This document shows, in pieces, positions 24,571 through 31,708 of a stretch of 31,708 nucleotides of DNA. Within the stretch, counting starts at the first letter, position 1; every line of letters starts with the position of its first letter. The position numbers were made by a program, and so were the translations under genes. The notes under the pieces are model-generated. The model was not told the origin of the DNA. It made no database searches and saw only the letters and a program-made list of their open reading frames with translations. Source of the stretch: a virus (lineage: Duplodnaviria > Caudoviricetes); IMG/VR virus record IMGVR_UViG_3300046005_001686, positions 1 to 31,708 of that record. One strand, 5' to 3'.

Positions 24571-24630
24571 GCGGGCAGAATAACAGGAATAAAAAAAAGT
24601 GAAATTATGTATTGTAATATTTTACGGCTA

Positions 24631-24644
24631 GGTGTTTAGTCACC
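24631..24644 (-). promoter_or_regulatory. Operator copy 1 (GGTGACTAAACACC, inverted)
   Basis: Exact reverse complement of the 14-mer at 24954 and 25001; quasi-palindrome GGTG-N6-CACC. Confidence 0.8.
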
Positions 24645-24665
24645 ACAGATAGAAAAGAAACAGCA

Positions 24666-24842
24666 ATGCCAAACCAGCGAGACAGTAGAAAAAAAATGCT
24701 AGGGGTGTACCTCTCAGAAGAGGAATACACCAGCCTAAAGGAAATCTCCAAGATTAAGGGGATATCGATGACCGAGCTGGTTAAGCAATTCATTTTAGAA
24801 TATGCGGAGGGGAAGCATGAAAACACTGACGATAAAAATTGA
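24666..24842 (+). CDS. Ribbon-helix-helix (CopG/Arc-like) regulator 1 (58 aa, below ORF-track cutoff)
   Basis: Manual translation MPNQRDSRKKMLGVYLSEEEYTSLKEISKIKGISMTELVKQFILEY...; beta-strand, helix, G-x-S, helix pattern. Confidence 0.75.
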   Translation: MPNQRDSRKKMLGVYLSEEEYTSLKEISKIKGISMTELVKQFILEYAEGKHENTDDKN

Positions 24843-24987
24843 TGATGATCTTCGAGGAAAGCTGGAGAAGGTGGCTGCCGAACAGCATCGGACTCTATCT
24901 AATACTGCGCGTCTTGCAATTAGCGAAGGCATCAGCCGTTTTTTTTTGGCCGAGGTGACTAAACACCCGCGCAAAAAATGCGCATGA
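24817..24987 (+). CDS. Ribbon-helix-helix (Arc/Mnt-like) regulator 2
   Basis: MKTLTIKIDDDLRGKLEKVAAEQHRTLSNTARLAI is a classic Arc-like pattern; SD GGAGG. Confidence 0.75.
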   Translation: MKTLTIKIDDDLRGKLEKVAAEQHRTLSNTARLAISEGISRFFLAEVTKHPRKKCA

Positions 24988-25014
24988 TTATTTTAAGCAG
25001 GGTGACTAAACACC
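24954..25014 (+). promoter_or_regulatory. Operator copies 2 and 3 (GGTGACTAAACACC at 24954..24967 and 25001..25014)
   Basis: Exact direct repeats 47 bp apart, immediately before the early operon. Confidence 0.8.
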
Positions 25015-25031
25015 CCAACCAAGGAGACCAG

Positions 25032-25271
25032 ATGGGCACGAAGATGAAAAGGGTTGAAGTCAAGTGGGAAGACTCGCACCGAGTTGCCGGGGATGTGTGG
25101 GAAAGCCGGGAGGGTGTTGAGCCGCTGGAGCCGGTTCTGGTGATGTCGGTTGGGTATCTGGTTGAAGAGACCGCCTCCCACCTGACGCTTACGCAGTCGT
25201 ATACAGAAGATCAGTTTGCGTGCCGATTCTGTATTCCGACGGGGTGCATTAAGGGGAGGCGGGTGCTGTGA
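25032..25271 (+). CDS. Small phage hypothetical protein
   Basis: SD AAGGAG; V.WEDS...W...SVGYL.......IP.GCI pattern seen in small phage proteins. Confidence 0.65.
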   Translation: MGTKMKRVEVKWEDSHRVAGDVWESREGVEPLEPVLVMSVGYLVEETASHLTLTQSYTEDQFACRFCIPTGCIKGRRVL

Positions 25272-25492
25272 CTATTTCTTTTTATCAGGACGCTGCGTTA
25301 GCACAGATGCGGCAAGCGTTTTGCTCGTTTTTGACGACTTCGGGTTGCTCAGCACTTTGGCGGCAATGCCGGCAACGCGTTTTGATGTGTGTTCGTTTTT
25401 TGACATTTGGAATCACCTCCTTTCGAAAGGTTGTTTACCGGATTTTCACGGCGCGGGCAAGGGCTGGATTTTCAAAGAAGGAGTCCCAATGA
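25268..25492 (+). CDS. Hypothetical protein
   Basis: GTGA overlap with the previous gene and ATGA overlap with the next; no motif. Confidence 0.3.
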   Translation: MTISFYQDAALAQMRQAFCSFLTTSGCSALWRQCRQRVLMCVRFLTFGITSFRKVVYRIFTARARAGFSKKESQ

Positions 25493-25653
25493 GTTCTTTC
25501 GATAGGTTGGAGATTATCGCGGAGATCGAGGTGGCGGCGGAGGCGCTGGGGATGGACAAGCTGACGGTGCTGGGGCGTCTGCCAGATCTGCCGGACAACG
25601 ATCTGTTTAAGCTGTGGAGTGCGTTGAAGGCGATTGGGGAGGTGCAGTCATGA
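25489..25653 (+). CDS. Hypothetical protein
   Basis: SD AAGGAG before ATG 25489 (MSSFDRLEII...); ATGA overlap with the next gene. Confidence 0.6.
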   Translation: MSSFDRLEIIAEIEVAAEALGMDKLTVLGRLPDLPDNDLFKLWSALKAIGEVQS

Positions 25654-25883
25654 AGACTACGTACGTAGAAAATATAAAAAATTTCGATCTTAGATCGCTT
25701 GCTCGCGTGGTTGAAATGGCAAACGAAAGTCTCCCTCCGGACAAAAACACAGAACTTCACCGCATTGCAGCGATGTTATCCGAGACGCGCAAAAAATCAA
25801 TGGGGTTGGATTGTGGTTGTGACTGCGGATTCGATGATCCGTATGGGTTTGTTCCAAGCGCAGGCTGTCCAATTCATGATTAA
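25650..25883 (+). CDS. Hypothetical protein with C-terminal Cys/His cluster
   Basis: SD GGAGGT; ends CGCDCGFDDPYGFVPSAGCPIHD. Confidence 0.6.
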   Translation: MKTTYVENIKNFDLRSLARVVEMANESLPPDKNTELHRIAAMLSETRKKSMGLDCGCDCGFDDPYGFVPSAGCPIHD

Positions 25884-25906
25884 CAGACCTTCGACTTTAA
25901 GGAGAA

Positions 25907-26524
25907 ATGAAAATGATTGATCGAAAAAAACAGGCGGCGGTGAATCGGGTTCGGGTGGTGGATTTGCTGACAAACACCGGACGTGCGGGCATGGATGGGC
26001 TGATTGGTTGGCTGGTTGATGAATGTTTTTTTGAGTCTCCGGCTTCTACGAAGTATCACGGAGTTTATGAGGGCGGGCTGGCCGCGCATTCGCTGAATGT
26101 GTTTGACCGTCTTTCGGTGATGGTGGCGGCGTACCGGATCGCGGTTCCGCAGGAATCTCTGGCGATCGCCGCTCTTCTCCACGATGTCTGCAAGGTTGGG
26201 GCCTATCTTCCGGTGGAAAGTGACAAGTGGAAAGTGGCGGGTGTTCCGGAGTACCGCTGGAACAAGGAGCAGCCAAAGGGTCACGCTGTGCTGTCGATCA
26301 AGCGCATTCGGGAGTTCATCGAGCTCACCGAAATTGAAGAGCTGATGATCCGTTATCACATGGGCGTTTATGGCCTGAACGAGTTTGAGCCCGGCAAGGG
26401 CGAGTATCCGCTGCGCGGCGGCGGGCTGGCGAACTCCTGGCACCATCATCCCATCGTTAAGCTGATGTATTTTGCCGATGAGCTGGCGACGCTTGGAGAG
26501 CAGGCGGAAGAGGTGCGGGCATGA
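25907..26524 (+). CDS. HD-domain phosphohydrolase (YhaM-like HD subgroup)
   Basis: FFESPASTKYHGVYEGGLAAHSLNV, ALLHDVCK, GHAVLS, IRYHMG and FADE motifs. Confidence 0.9.
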   Translation: MKMIDRKKQAAVNRVRVVDLLTNTGRAGMDGLIGWLVDECFFESPASTKYHGVYEGGLAAHSLNVFDRLSVMVAAYRIAVPQESLAIAALLHDVCKVGAYLPVESDKWKVAGVPEYRWNKEQPKGHAVLSIKRIREFIELTEIEELMIRYHMGVYGLNEFEPGKGEYPLRGGGLANSWHHHPIVKLMYFADELATLGEQAEEVRA

Positions 26525-26706
26525 AGGCCCCGGCAAAACAAATCATGACGACGGCGGAGGCGGCCGCATGGCTGGGTATTCCGGCGCCGGAGCTGAAGCG
26601 GCTGATGCAGGCCGGGCATATCCGCCGTCTGCGCGGATACCGCAAGCCGTTCAAGTTTTCGCGCATCGAGCTGGAGCGCTATTTAAGCGCGGGGGTGGTG
26701 GCATAG
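26521..26706 (+). CDS. Excisionase-like HTH (HTH_17/MerR-like) protein
   Basis: MTTAEAAAWLGI...G.I...FSRIELERYL pattern. Confidence 0.8.
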   Translation: MKAPAKQIMTTAEAAAWLGIPAPELKRLMQAGHIRRLRGYRKPFKFSRIELERYLSAGVVA

Positions 26707-26709
26707 GGG

Positions 26710-26744
26710 TATTGGCGATTTCCGATTGATGATTGTCGATTTGA
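26710..26744 (+). repeat. GATTNNN heptamer array
   Basis: TATTGGC GATTTCC GATTGAT GATTGTC GATTTGA. Confidence 0.75.
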
Positions 26745-26758
26745 AAAGGGGACGGGCA

Positions 26759-26944
26759 ATGACAAAACGCGGGTACTGGAATCAGGAGCAGGGCAAGCAG
26801 GGCGCGCAGCCGCCTAGACCTCCGCGCAAGTTCCAGCCCTCGGTTGATCCGGATGTGGAGTTTGATCGGCATCCCAATGATTTTGATCGGTGGCTGGAGC
26901 AGGAACGGGCGGGGAGAGGGAAGGCTTTAGTCCATAGGCTTTAG
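26759..26944 (+). CDS. Hypothetical protein
   Basis: ATG 26759 after AAGGGGA; fills the operon gap. Confidence 0.45.
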   Translation: MTKRGYWNQEQGKQGAQPPRPPRKFQPSVDPDVEFDRHPNDFDRWLEQERAGRGKALVHRL

Positions 26945-26949
26945 ACCAT
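26922..26949 (+). repeat. Heptamer array (AGGCTTT AGTCCAT AGGCTTT AGACCAT)
   Basis: Read directly; same family as 794 and 23776. Confidence 0.75.
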
Positions 26950-26971
26950 AAAAAAACAAACAAGTAGAAGT

Positions 26972-27463
26972 ATGAGTGTTGATTGTAATGGTGCATGTGC
27001 AAATGCGTATCCGGGTGATCGTCCATATATCGGCGTTAAAATGATTTGGGCTCAGCCTGCACGCCGGTTTGAAGCTGCCGAGGTGCTTGGTAAATCGCAG
27101 CTCGCGTATGAATCGGATGATCCAGGTTATATCGTGACGTATCCGGATGGATATCGCTCGTGGAGTCCGAAGGCGACGTTTGAGAAGGCGTATTTCGGTC
27201 TGGAGGATGCAACACGGATTACAGAGGCGGATGTTGAGCGGATGATGGGTCCGCTGGAAGGCGATCAGATCAGTCCGAAGAGCACGCTGGTGAAGGCAGA
27301 GCAGTCTTTGATCGGGTTCGACACCTACAACGTGAGCAGCTGTGTTTCTCCCGCGAATTACAGCACTGAACTCGGCATTAAATACGGCTCGAAGCCGATC
27401 AAGGATGAGTTCTGGCGGTGTTTAGGGTTCGTTCTTCAGTGGGCACGGAACGGCCTGAAATAA
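26972..27463 (+). CDS. Two-domain phage protein: YIGxK/SWSPK domain plus N4 gp49/Sf6 gp66-like domain
   Basis: YIGVKMIWAQP...GYIVTYPDGYRSWSPKATFEKAY and GF...SSCVSPANYSTELG...W..LGF.LQW motifs. Confidence 0.7.
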   Translation: MSVDCNGACANAYPGDRPYIGVKMIWAQPARRFEAAEVLGKSQLAYESDDPGYIVTYPDGYRSWSPKATFEKAYFGLEDATRITEADVERMMGPLEGDQISPKSTLVKAEQSLIGFDTYNVSSCVSPANYSTELGIKYGSKPIKDEFWRCLGFVLQWARNGLK

Positions 27464-27490
27464 TCAACAGTAAAAAACAAGGAGACCAAC

Positions 27491-27901
27491 ATGTGCAAGG
27501 TGCTGATTAAGAAGATTGAGAAGGTTCACGCGATGAAGACCGGCGGACCGAAGGATAAGACGTGGAAGCTGTTCCTGTTCGATTGTCTGGTTGAAGTTGA
27601 CGGGAGTGGAGTTGATGGAGTCCGGACGGTGAAAACCTTTGATGAAGCGACCGCCAAGCAGATTGAGGAGGGCACCGGCAAGACGTTTGAGTCCAAGAAG
27701 CAAGGCGACGCCGCGCCGTTTTCCTATCTGGTGGGGCCGGAGAAGAAGCAGGGTTCAGGCTTCCGTGCTCAGGCTTCCGGAGAGACGAACCGGCAGACGG
27801 CGCTGAAATGCGCAGTGCAGACCGTTAAGACCGGCGGATATGTCCAGACTCTGGAAGTAGCAGAGAAGTATCTGGCGTGGCTGGACGGGGGTGTGAAATG
27901 A
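27491..27901 (+). CDS. Hypothetical protein, possibly ssDNA-binding/recombination
   Basis: SD AAGGAG; beta-rich N-terminus plus RQTALKCAV...A.KY..W helix. Confidence 0.55.
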   Translation: MCKVLIKKIEKVHAMKTGGPKDKTWKLFLFDCLVEVDGSGVDGVRTVKTFDEATAKQIEEGTGKTFESKKQGDAAPFSYLVGPEKKQGSGFRAQASGETNRQTALKCAVQTVKTGGYVQTLEVAEKYLAWLDGGVK

Positions 27902-28356
27902 GCGTCGAATTGGTTTTTAAGCTGAAGCTGAAAGCAGAGAACCAGACCGAGCAGCGGATTCTGGATTATCTGAATCAGAATGCTTCCGACGTGCTTGTCG
28001 AGAAGATCAACGCGGGCACAAAGACGCTGGCCGGGGCTGTGCGGTATGCGACGGCTGAGGCCAAGAAGCTCGGAACTCACGACGGCTGCGTCTGTGTGGA
28101 TGATGCGACGGTGTTCGGCTGGATTATCCACTTCTTCGAAGAGGATGAGATTACCGAACCGAAGAAGGAAAAGGCCGCAGTCAAACTGCCTGGCAGGGTG
28201 AAGAAACAGACCGAACCGACCAAACCGACAAAACGGACGAAACAGACTGCTGATGACGGCGAGCAGAAGCCGGAGGATCCGAAGCCAGAGAAGCCGAAAG
28301 GCCTGATTTTCCCAGAGCTTTTTTCCAACGAGGAATTAAGTGGAGCGAAGCGGTGA
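27898..28356 (+). CDS. PcfK-like protein (family including AcrIIA9-like proteins)
   Basis: KTLAGAVRYATAEAKK...CVDDATVFGWIIHFFEEDEI; directly upstream of a PcfJ-like gene. Confidence 0.8.
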   Translation: MSVELVFKLKLKAENQTEQRILDYLNQNASDVLVEKINAGTKTLAGAVRYATAEAKKLGTHDGCVCVDDATVFGWIIHFFEEDEITEPKKEKAAVKLPGRVKKQTEPTKPTKRTKQTADDGEQKPEDPKPEKPKGLIFPELFSNEELSGAKR

Positions 28357-29660
28357 AGCGGTTTGATTCGCCAGAATATAAGCCGCTGTCGGCGGCGGCG
28401 ATGCGAAGCATCCTTGCGTTTGATCGTGCGTCCGGTTTTGGGCCCGGCGGTACAGAGACGAACCGCAACCGGTTTTACCACTACCTGACGCAATGCGGTA
28501 GCGATGTGCAGATCCGGACGGTGGCGGTGAAGGCGGCCAAGCGGACGGAAAAGCCGCTGGTGAAGGAAGTGTCGCGGGCCAGTGTAGATGATCCGTGGAT
28601 TCATGTGCATGACTTGGGACATAGACCGATCTCAGGATATACGGTTGACTGGTCTCCTGAAGGATTTCTGTCGTACAATGAATTTGGGTACAGTCGCAGA
28701 TGGGAACCATGCGCCTATGCGCTGCGCTGCATGTGGAAGATCAATGCTCCGGTTGTTAATCCTGAGATTCTCAATCGGACGCGCCGGTTCAAATGGTCGG
28801 CGTGGGAACCGGCGCGGGGGCACCTGCTGGATTATCTGAAGGTCTACAAAGAGCATCCGGAGATCGAACTGCTTTCAAAATGCGGGCTGGGCAAGTTCTG
28901 CACAAAGATTTCCATTGTCCGGAGGCTGAAATCTGACAGGAATTTCCGGCAGTTCTTTATGAAGAATGCGGAAGACATTCGCCATTCGGGTGTGGACGCC
29001 ATTTTCCTGGCATATAAAAACGGAGTGTCGCTGGGTACCGCATGGAAAGATATTGAGGTGATCCGGTCGTTTCGCGGCTATGGCCTTCCGCGCTCGGTTC
29101 CAGCATTAAAGGCCGCTGGTTATATTAGCAAGGCCAGAATCTGCCGCACCGATTACGTTGGTTATCTCAAAAACTGCGAAAAGCTGGGGCTTGATCTGTC
29201 GGATACGAAGGTTTCGTTTCCGCGTCAATTTAAAGCACGGCAGCAGGCGGTGCAGGATCAGGTTGACGCTATCCGCCGGGCAGAGAATGCGGAGAAGATC
29301 GCGGCGATGAACCGCCAGCTGGCGGCGATTGCCGACAAATGGAGCTGGGTTGAGCGCAAGAGCGGGGATTATCGGGTGGTGTGTCCGCGCACAGAAGATG
29401 CGTTCATTGTCGAAGGCAAGGCGCTGGTCAATTGTCTTGGACAGTATGCAGCCAAAGTGGCGCGCGGTGAGTGCGTTGTGGTTTTTGTGAGTCAGGCGCG
29501 GCGGCCCAATACGGCGTATGTGGCGGCTGCTTACGATCCGAAGACGGGCGTGGTTACTCAGTGCTACGGCAAAAACAACAGCACCCCACCGAAAGAGGTG
29601 CGGAAGTTCGTCGAGAGGGTTTTTTCCAAGGCAAAAGTTCAACTCAAGGTGGCGGCATGA
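28353..29660 (+). CDS. PcfJ domain-containing protein
   Basis: DY......LGLDL......FP, EGKALVNCLGQY and QCYGKNN motifs; HPEIELLSK. Confidence 0.85.
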   Translation: MKRFDSPEYKPLSAAAMRSILAFDRASGFGPGGTETNRNRFYHYLTQCGSDVQIRTVAVKAAKRTEKPLVKEVSRASVDDPWIHVHDLGHRPISGYTVDWSPEGFLSYNEFGYSRRWEPCAYALRCMWKINAPVVNPEILNRTRRFKWSAWEPARGHLLDYLKVYKEHPEIELLSKCGLGKFCTKISIVRRLKSDRNFRQFFMKNAEDIRHSGVDAIFLAYKNGVSLGTAWKDIEVIRSFRGYGLPRSVPALKAAGYISKARICRTDYVGYLKNCEKLGLDLSDTKVSFPRQFKARQQAVQDQVDAIRRAENAEKIAAMNRQLAAIADKWSWVERKSGDYRVVCPRTEDAFIVEGKALVNCLGQYAAKVARGECVVVFVSQARRPNTAYVAAAYDPKTGVVTQCYGKNNSTPPKEVRKFVERVFSKAKVQLKVAA

Positions 29661-29932
29661 TGCACTTCTTAGACATTCAGAGGTTGCGGGCATTTAGGAT
29701 TGGTGATTGCCGATTGGCGATTGATCGGACTGGATTTTTAAAAATTGCACGGCGCGGGCAGGCGAGTCCCGTTTTCGGCTTGGTCTCCTTGGCGGGGCCG
29801 CTCCGCGCCGTGCTACCTGCTGGCGCGATGCGTCGCGCCCGTACCGGATGGCTTCGCATCTGGAGGGGCTGCTGGATGGTGAATTGGGAAGGTGGCAAGA
29901 CGCGGGTGTTTTGGCAGTGGGGCAGACCTTAA
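29657..29932 (+). CDS. Possible hypothetical protein
   Basis: ATGA overlap with the PcfJ stop; contains a translated heptamer array; no motif. Confidence 0.3.
   Translation: MMHFLDIQRLRAFRIGDCRLAIDRTGFLKIARRGQASPVFGLVSLAGPLRAVLPAGAMRRARTGWLRIWRGCWMVNWEGGKTRVFWQWGRP
29698..29725 (+). repeat. GATTGNN heptamer array
   Basis: GATTGGT GATTGCC GATTGGC GATTGAT. Confidence 0.75.
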
Positions 29933-29945
29933 ACCGGAGCAAATC

Positions 29946-30326
29946 ATGCACGTTAATTCTCTGCTGGCGTATTACGAGGGGCGCAAGGAGTTCAGTAAGC
30001 GGGAAACGATGATTCTCGGCTGGCTGCTGATGAATCCGGGCGCCTGGACGGATCGGCAGATTAAGACGGGGCTGGAGCAGGCGGATATGAACGGGGTGCG
30101 TCCGCGCATTAATGAGCTGATCGAGCGCAAGGCGCTGGAGGTGGTTGGCGATACGGTTTGTCCCGTGACCGGCAAGACGGTGCGGATGGTGAGGATCAGC
30201 GGGGATTTTTTAGAGATGAGAGTTGGGGCGACAAGCGTGTCGCCCGTACGGGATGTAGGGGAGCGGGTTGGGCGCATTGAGCGGTGGAAGGTTCCGGCAA
30301 GAGCCGGGCAGTGCAGTTTGTTTTAA
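29946..30326 (+). CDS. Winged-helix-like DNA-binding protein
   Basis: SD GGAG before ATG 29946; TDRQIK..L...DMNGVRPRINEL...C.VTG pattern. Confidence 0.7.
   Translation: MHVNSLLAYYEGRKEFSKRETMILGWLLMNPGAWTDRQIKTGLEQADMNGVRPRINELIERKALEVVGDTVCPVTGKTVRMVRISGDFLEMRVGATSVSPVRDVGERVGRIERWKVPARAGQCSLF
30222..30249 (+). repeat. REP-like palindrome inside CDS
   Basis: GTTG-GGGCGACA-AGCG-TGTCGCCC-GTAC; 8-bp perfect stem with GT[AT]G and TAC flanks. Confidence 0.55.
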
Positions 30327-30341
30327 ACACGGAGTGAAAAT

Positions 30342-30908
30342 ATGAGTTCAAGTTGGATGCAAACCTATACGGGGCGGAAGTTTGATGTGCTGAGTCCGCG
30401 CGCGGAGGATGTGAGCTTTGTTGATGTTGCCCATGCGCTGGCGCATCAGTGCCGGTTTAACGGCCATACAAAGCAGTTCTACAGCGTGGCGCATCATTGC
30501 GTGATTATGAGCCGGGAGATTCCGCCGGAGTTTGCGCTGTATGCTTTGTTGCATGACGCTGGGGAGGCGTACATCGGTGACATCCCGCAACCCGTCAAAG
30601 CGTGTCTTTCAGAGATACGGGCAATCGAGGAGGGGGTTCTGGCGGCGGTGTATGAGGCGGCTGGCATCCGGTCACTGGACGAAGAGGCGGAGCGTCTGGT
30701 TCGTCTCTACGATTTGAAGATGCTGTTGACGGAACGCCAGCAACTGATGGGTGAGCCTCCGGAGCCGTGGGCGCTGGATAGCCTGAACATCGAGCCGATT
30801 AATATCCGCATTTCATGCGAACCGGATTTTGAGATTTATAAGGGGCGATATCTGCGGCGGCTGGTGGAGTTGGGGGTGAATGTGGATACAGAGGGATTTG
30901 TCCGATGA
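30342..30908 (+). CDS. HD-family 5'-deoxynucleotidase-like protein (YfbR/YfdR-like)
   Basis: WMQTYTG, AHALAHQCRFNGH, YSVAHH, LLHDAGEAYIGDIP.P.K motifs. Confidence 0.92.
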   Translation: MSSSWMQTYTGRKFDVLSPRAEDVSFVDVAHALAHQCRFNGHTKQFYSVAHHCVIMSREIPPEFALYALLHDAGEAYIGDIPQPVKACLSEIRAIEEGVLAAVYEAAGIRSLDEEAERLVRLYDLKMLLTERQQLMGEPPEPWALDSLNIEPINIRISCEPDFEIYKGRYLRRLVELGVNVDTEGFVR

Positions 30909-31309
30909 AATGCCTTTCTGTGCGGCAGCCGTGGGCGTGGGCGATCCTTTATGCGGGCAAGGATGTTGAAAACCGGACGTGGGCTCCGGGTAAAGCGTTG
31001 AAGCCGGGGGATCGGCTGGCGATTCATGCGAGCAAGATGTTTGACGTGGACGGTCTGCGCTGGATCTGCGCGAACCATGAAGAGCTGGGGCTGAAGCTGG
31101 AGGATATCCCGATCGATCCGAAGGCGTACCCGGTTGGGTGCGTGGTGGGGAGTGTGGAGTTTTTGGGAATCACGGACGCAGCGGACTGCAACGGTCGGTG
31201 GTTTTTCGGGCCGGTGGGGTGGCTGGTGAGCAATCCGGTGGCGCTGGCGGAGCCTGTGCCGATGAAGGGGCGGCTGGGGTTGTTTGAGGTTCCGGACGTA
31301 TTGGACTGA
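30905..31309 (+). CDS. ASCH domain protein
   Basis: LSVRQPWAWAI..GKDVENRTW, LAIHAS and KGRLGLF motifs. Confidence 0.93.
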   Translation: MKCLSVRQPWAWAILYAGKDVENRTWAPGKALKPGDRLAIHASKMFDVDGLRWICANHEELGLKLEDIPIDPKAYPVGCVVGSVEFLGITDAADCNGRWFFGPVGWLVSNPVALAEPVPMKGRLGLFEVPDVLD

Positions 31310-31354
31310 TCGGGCGGATTTTTTTGAGAAACGTAAATAAAAACGGAGGAAATC

Positions 31355-31708
31355 ATGGCTAAGAAGAAAAAAGCAGAGTCGATAGAAGAGAAGCCTGTTG
31401 AACAGCAGGCTCCGGCGGAGAGCCGGTTTGTGGATGTGATGGTTGAAGAGCGTGAAGTGCTGGTACGGCTGAGCGATGAGCGCTTGCTGGAGATCGCGGA
31501 CGAAGCCTGCGGAAAACACCGGGCGGTAATGCAGTTGCATGTTGAAATCAAGGCGTTTAGTGATTCGCGCAAAGCGCAGATCAAAACGCCGGACGACGAA
31601 GCGGCCGAGCTGGATGAACAGTTTTACCGCAAGACGGTTCCGGCCACGAAGGAAGTCCGCATTATCAAGGACTTCGCCCTGGGCCGTCTGCGCGTGGAGG
31701 TGATCCTC
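31355..31708 (+). CDS. Partial hypothetical protein (runs off window)
   Basis: SD GGAGG, ATG 31355 MAKKKKAESIEE..., open to the end of the window. Confidence 0.7.
   Translation, partial: MAKKKKAESIEEKPVEQQAPAESRFVDVMVEEREVLVRLSDERLLEIADEACGKHRAVMQLHVEIKAFSDSRKAQIKTPDDEAAELDEQFYRKTVPATKEVRIIKDFALGRLRVEVIL

Larger units (their letters stand above)
1..31708 (+). mobile_element. Temperate podovirus-like phage genome segment (T7/BPP-1-like virion module plus integrase)
   Basis: Portal-scaffold-capsid-tubular A/B-internal virion synteny, lysis genes, tyrosine integrase, dense co-oriented overlapping ORFs, no host housekeeping genes. Confidence 0.95.

Noticed and set aside
24666-24987. Toxin-antitoxin pair
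   Set aside because: Both ORFs look like RHH DNA-binding proteins; no adjacent toxin fold recognised
30342-30908. Z-genome (2-aminoadenine) system
   Set aside because: HD enzyme alone is insufficient; no purZ or dedicated polymerase in the window
1-31708. Alternative genetic code or stop-codon recoding
   Set aside because: Standard code yields full-length genes with tight overlaps; TAA, TAG and TGA all serve as stops

Overview
The whole window is a continuous piece of a temperate, short-tailed (T7/BPP-1-like gene order) dsDNA phage genome with no recognisable host genes. On the + strand it runs: terminase C-terminus, GNAT, portal, scaffold, major capsid, tail tubular A and B, three ejection proteins (the last a 2702-aa polyvalent protein), three secreted-type proteins, holin/spanins, attP-like region, tyrosine integrase, an RHH-based immunity region, and an early/accessory cluster (two HD proteins, excisionase-like HTH, gp49/66-like, PcfK/PcfJ, ASCH). 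Integrase and an apparently intact attP lie between phage genes, which points to the excised form. A PVC-superphylum host (Verrucomicrobia/Kiritimatiellae-like) is a weak inference from repeat style and protein composition. The main oddities are: (i) the capsid-decoration and tail-fibre gene slots encode Thr-Asn-rich proteins with Sec-type signal peptides; (ii) scaffold and capsid share a hydrophobic N-terminal leader ending P-x-V-R-[YF]; (iii) an HxH metal-needle fibre is fused to the tail adaptor; (iv) an exact 11-mer TGCGTATATAG precedes three late gene blocks, once next to a terminator and a structured capsid leader; (v) the lysis cassette has no visible endolysin. All family assignments come from motif recognition and synteny, not database searches.
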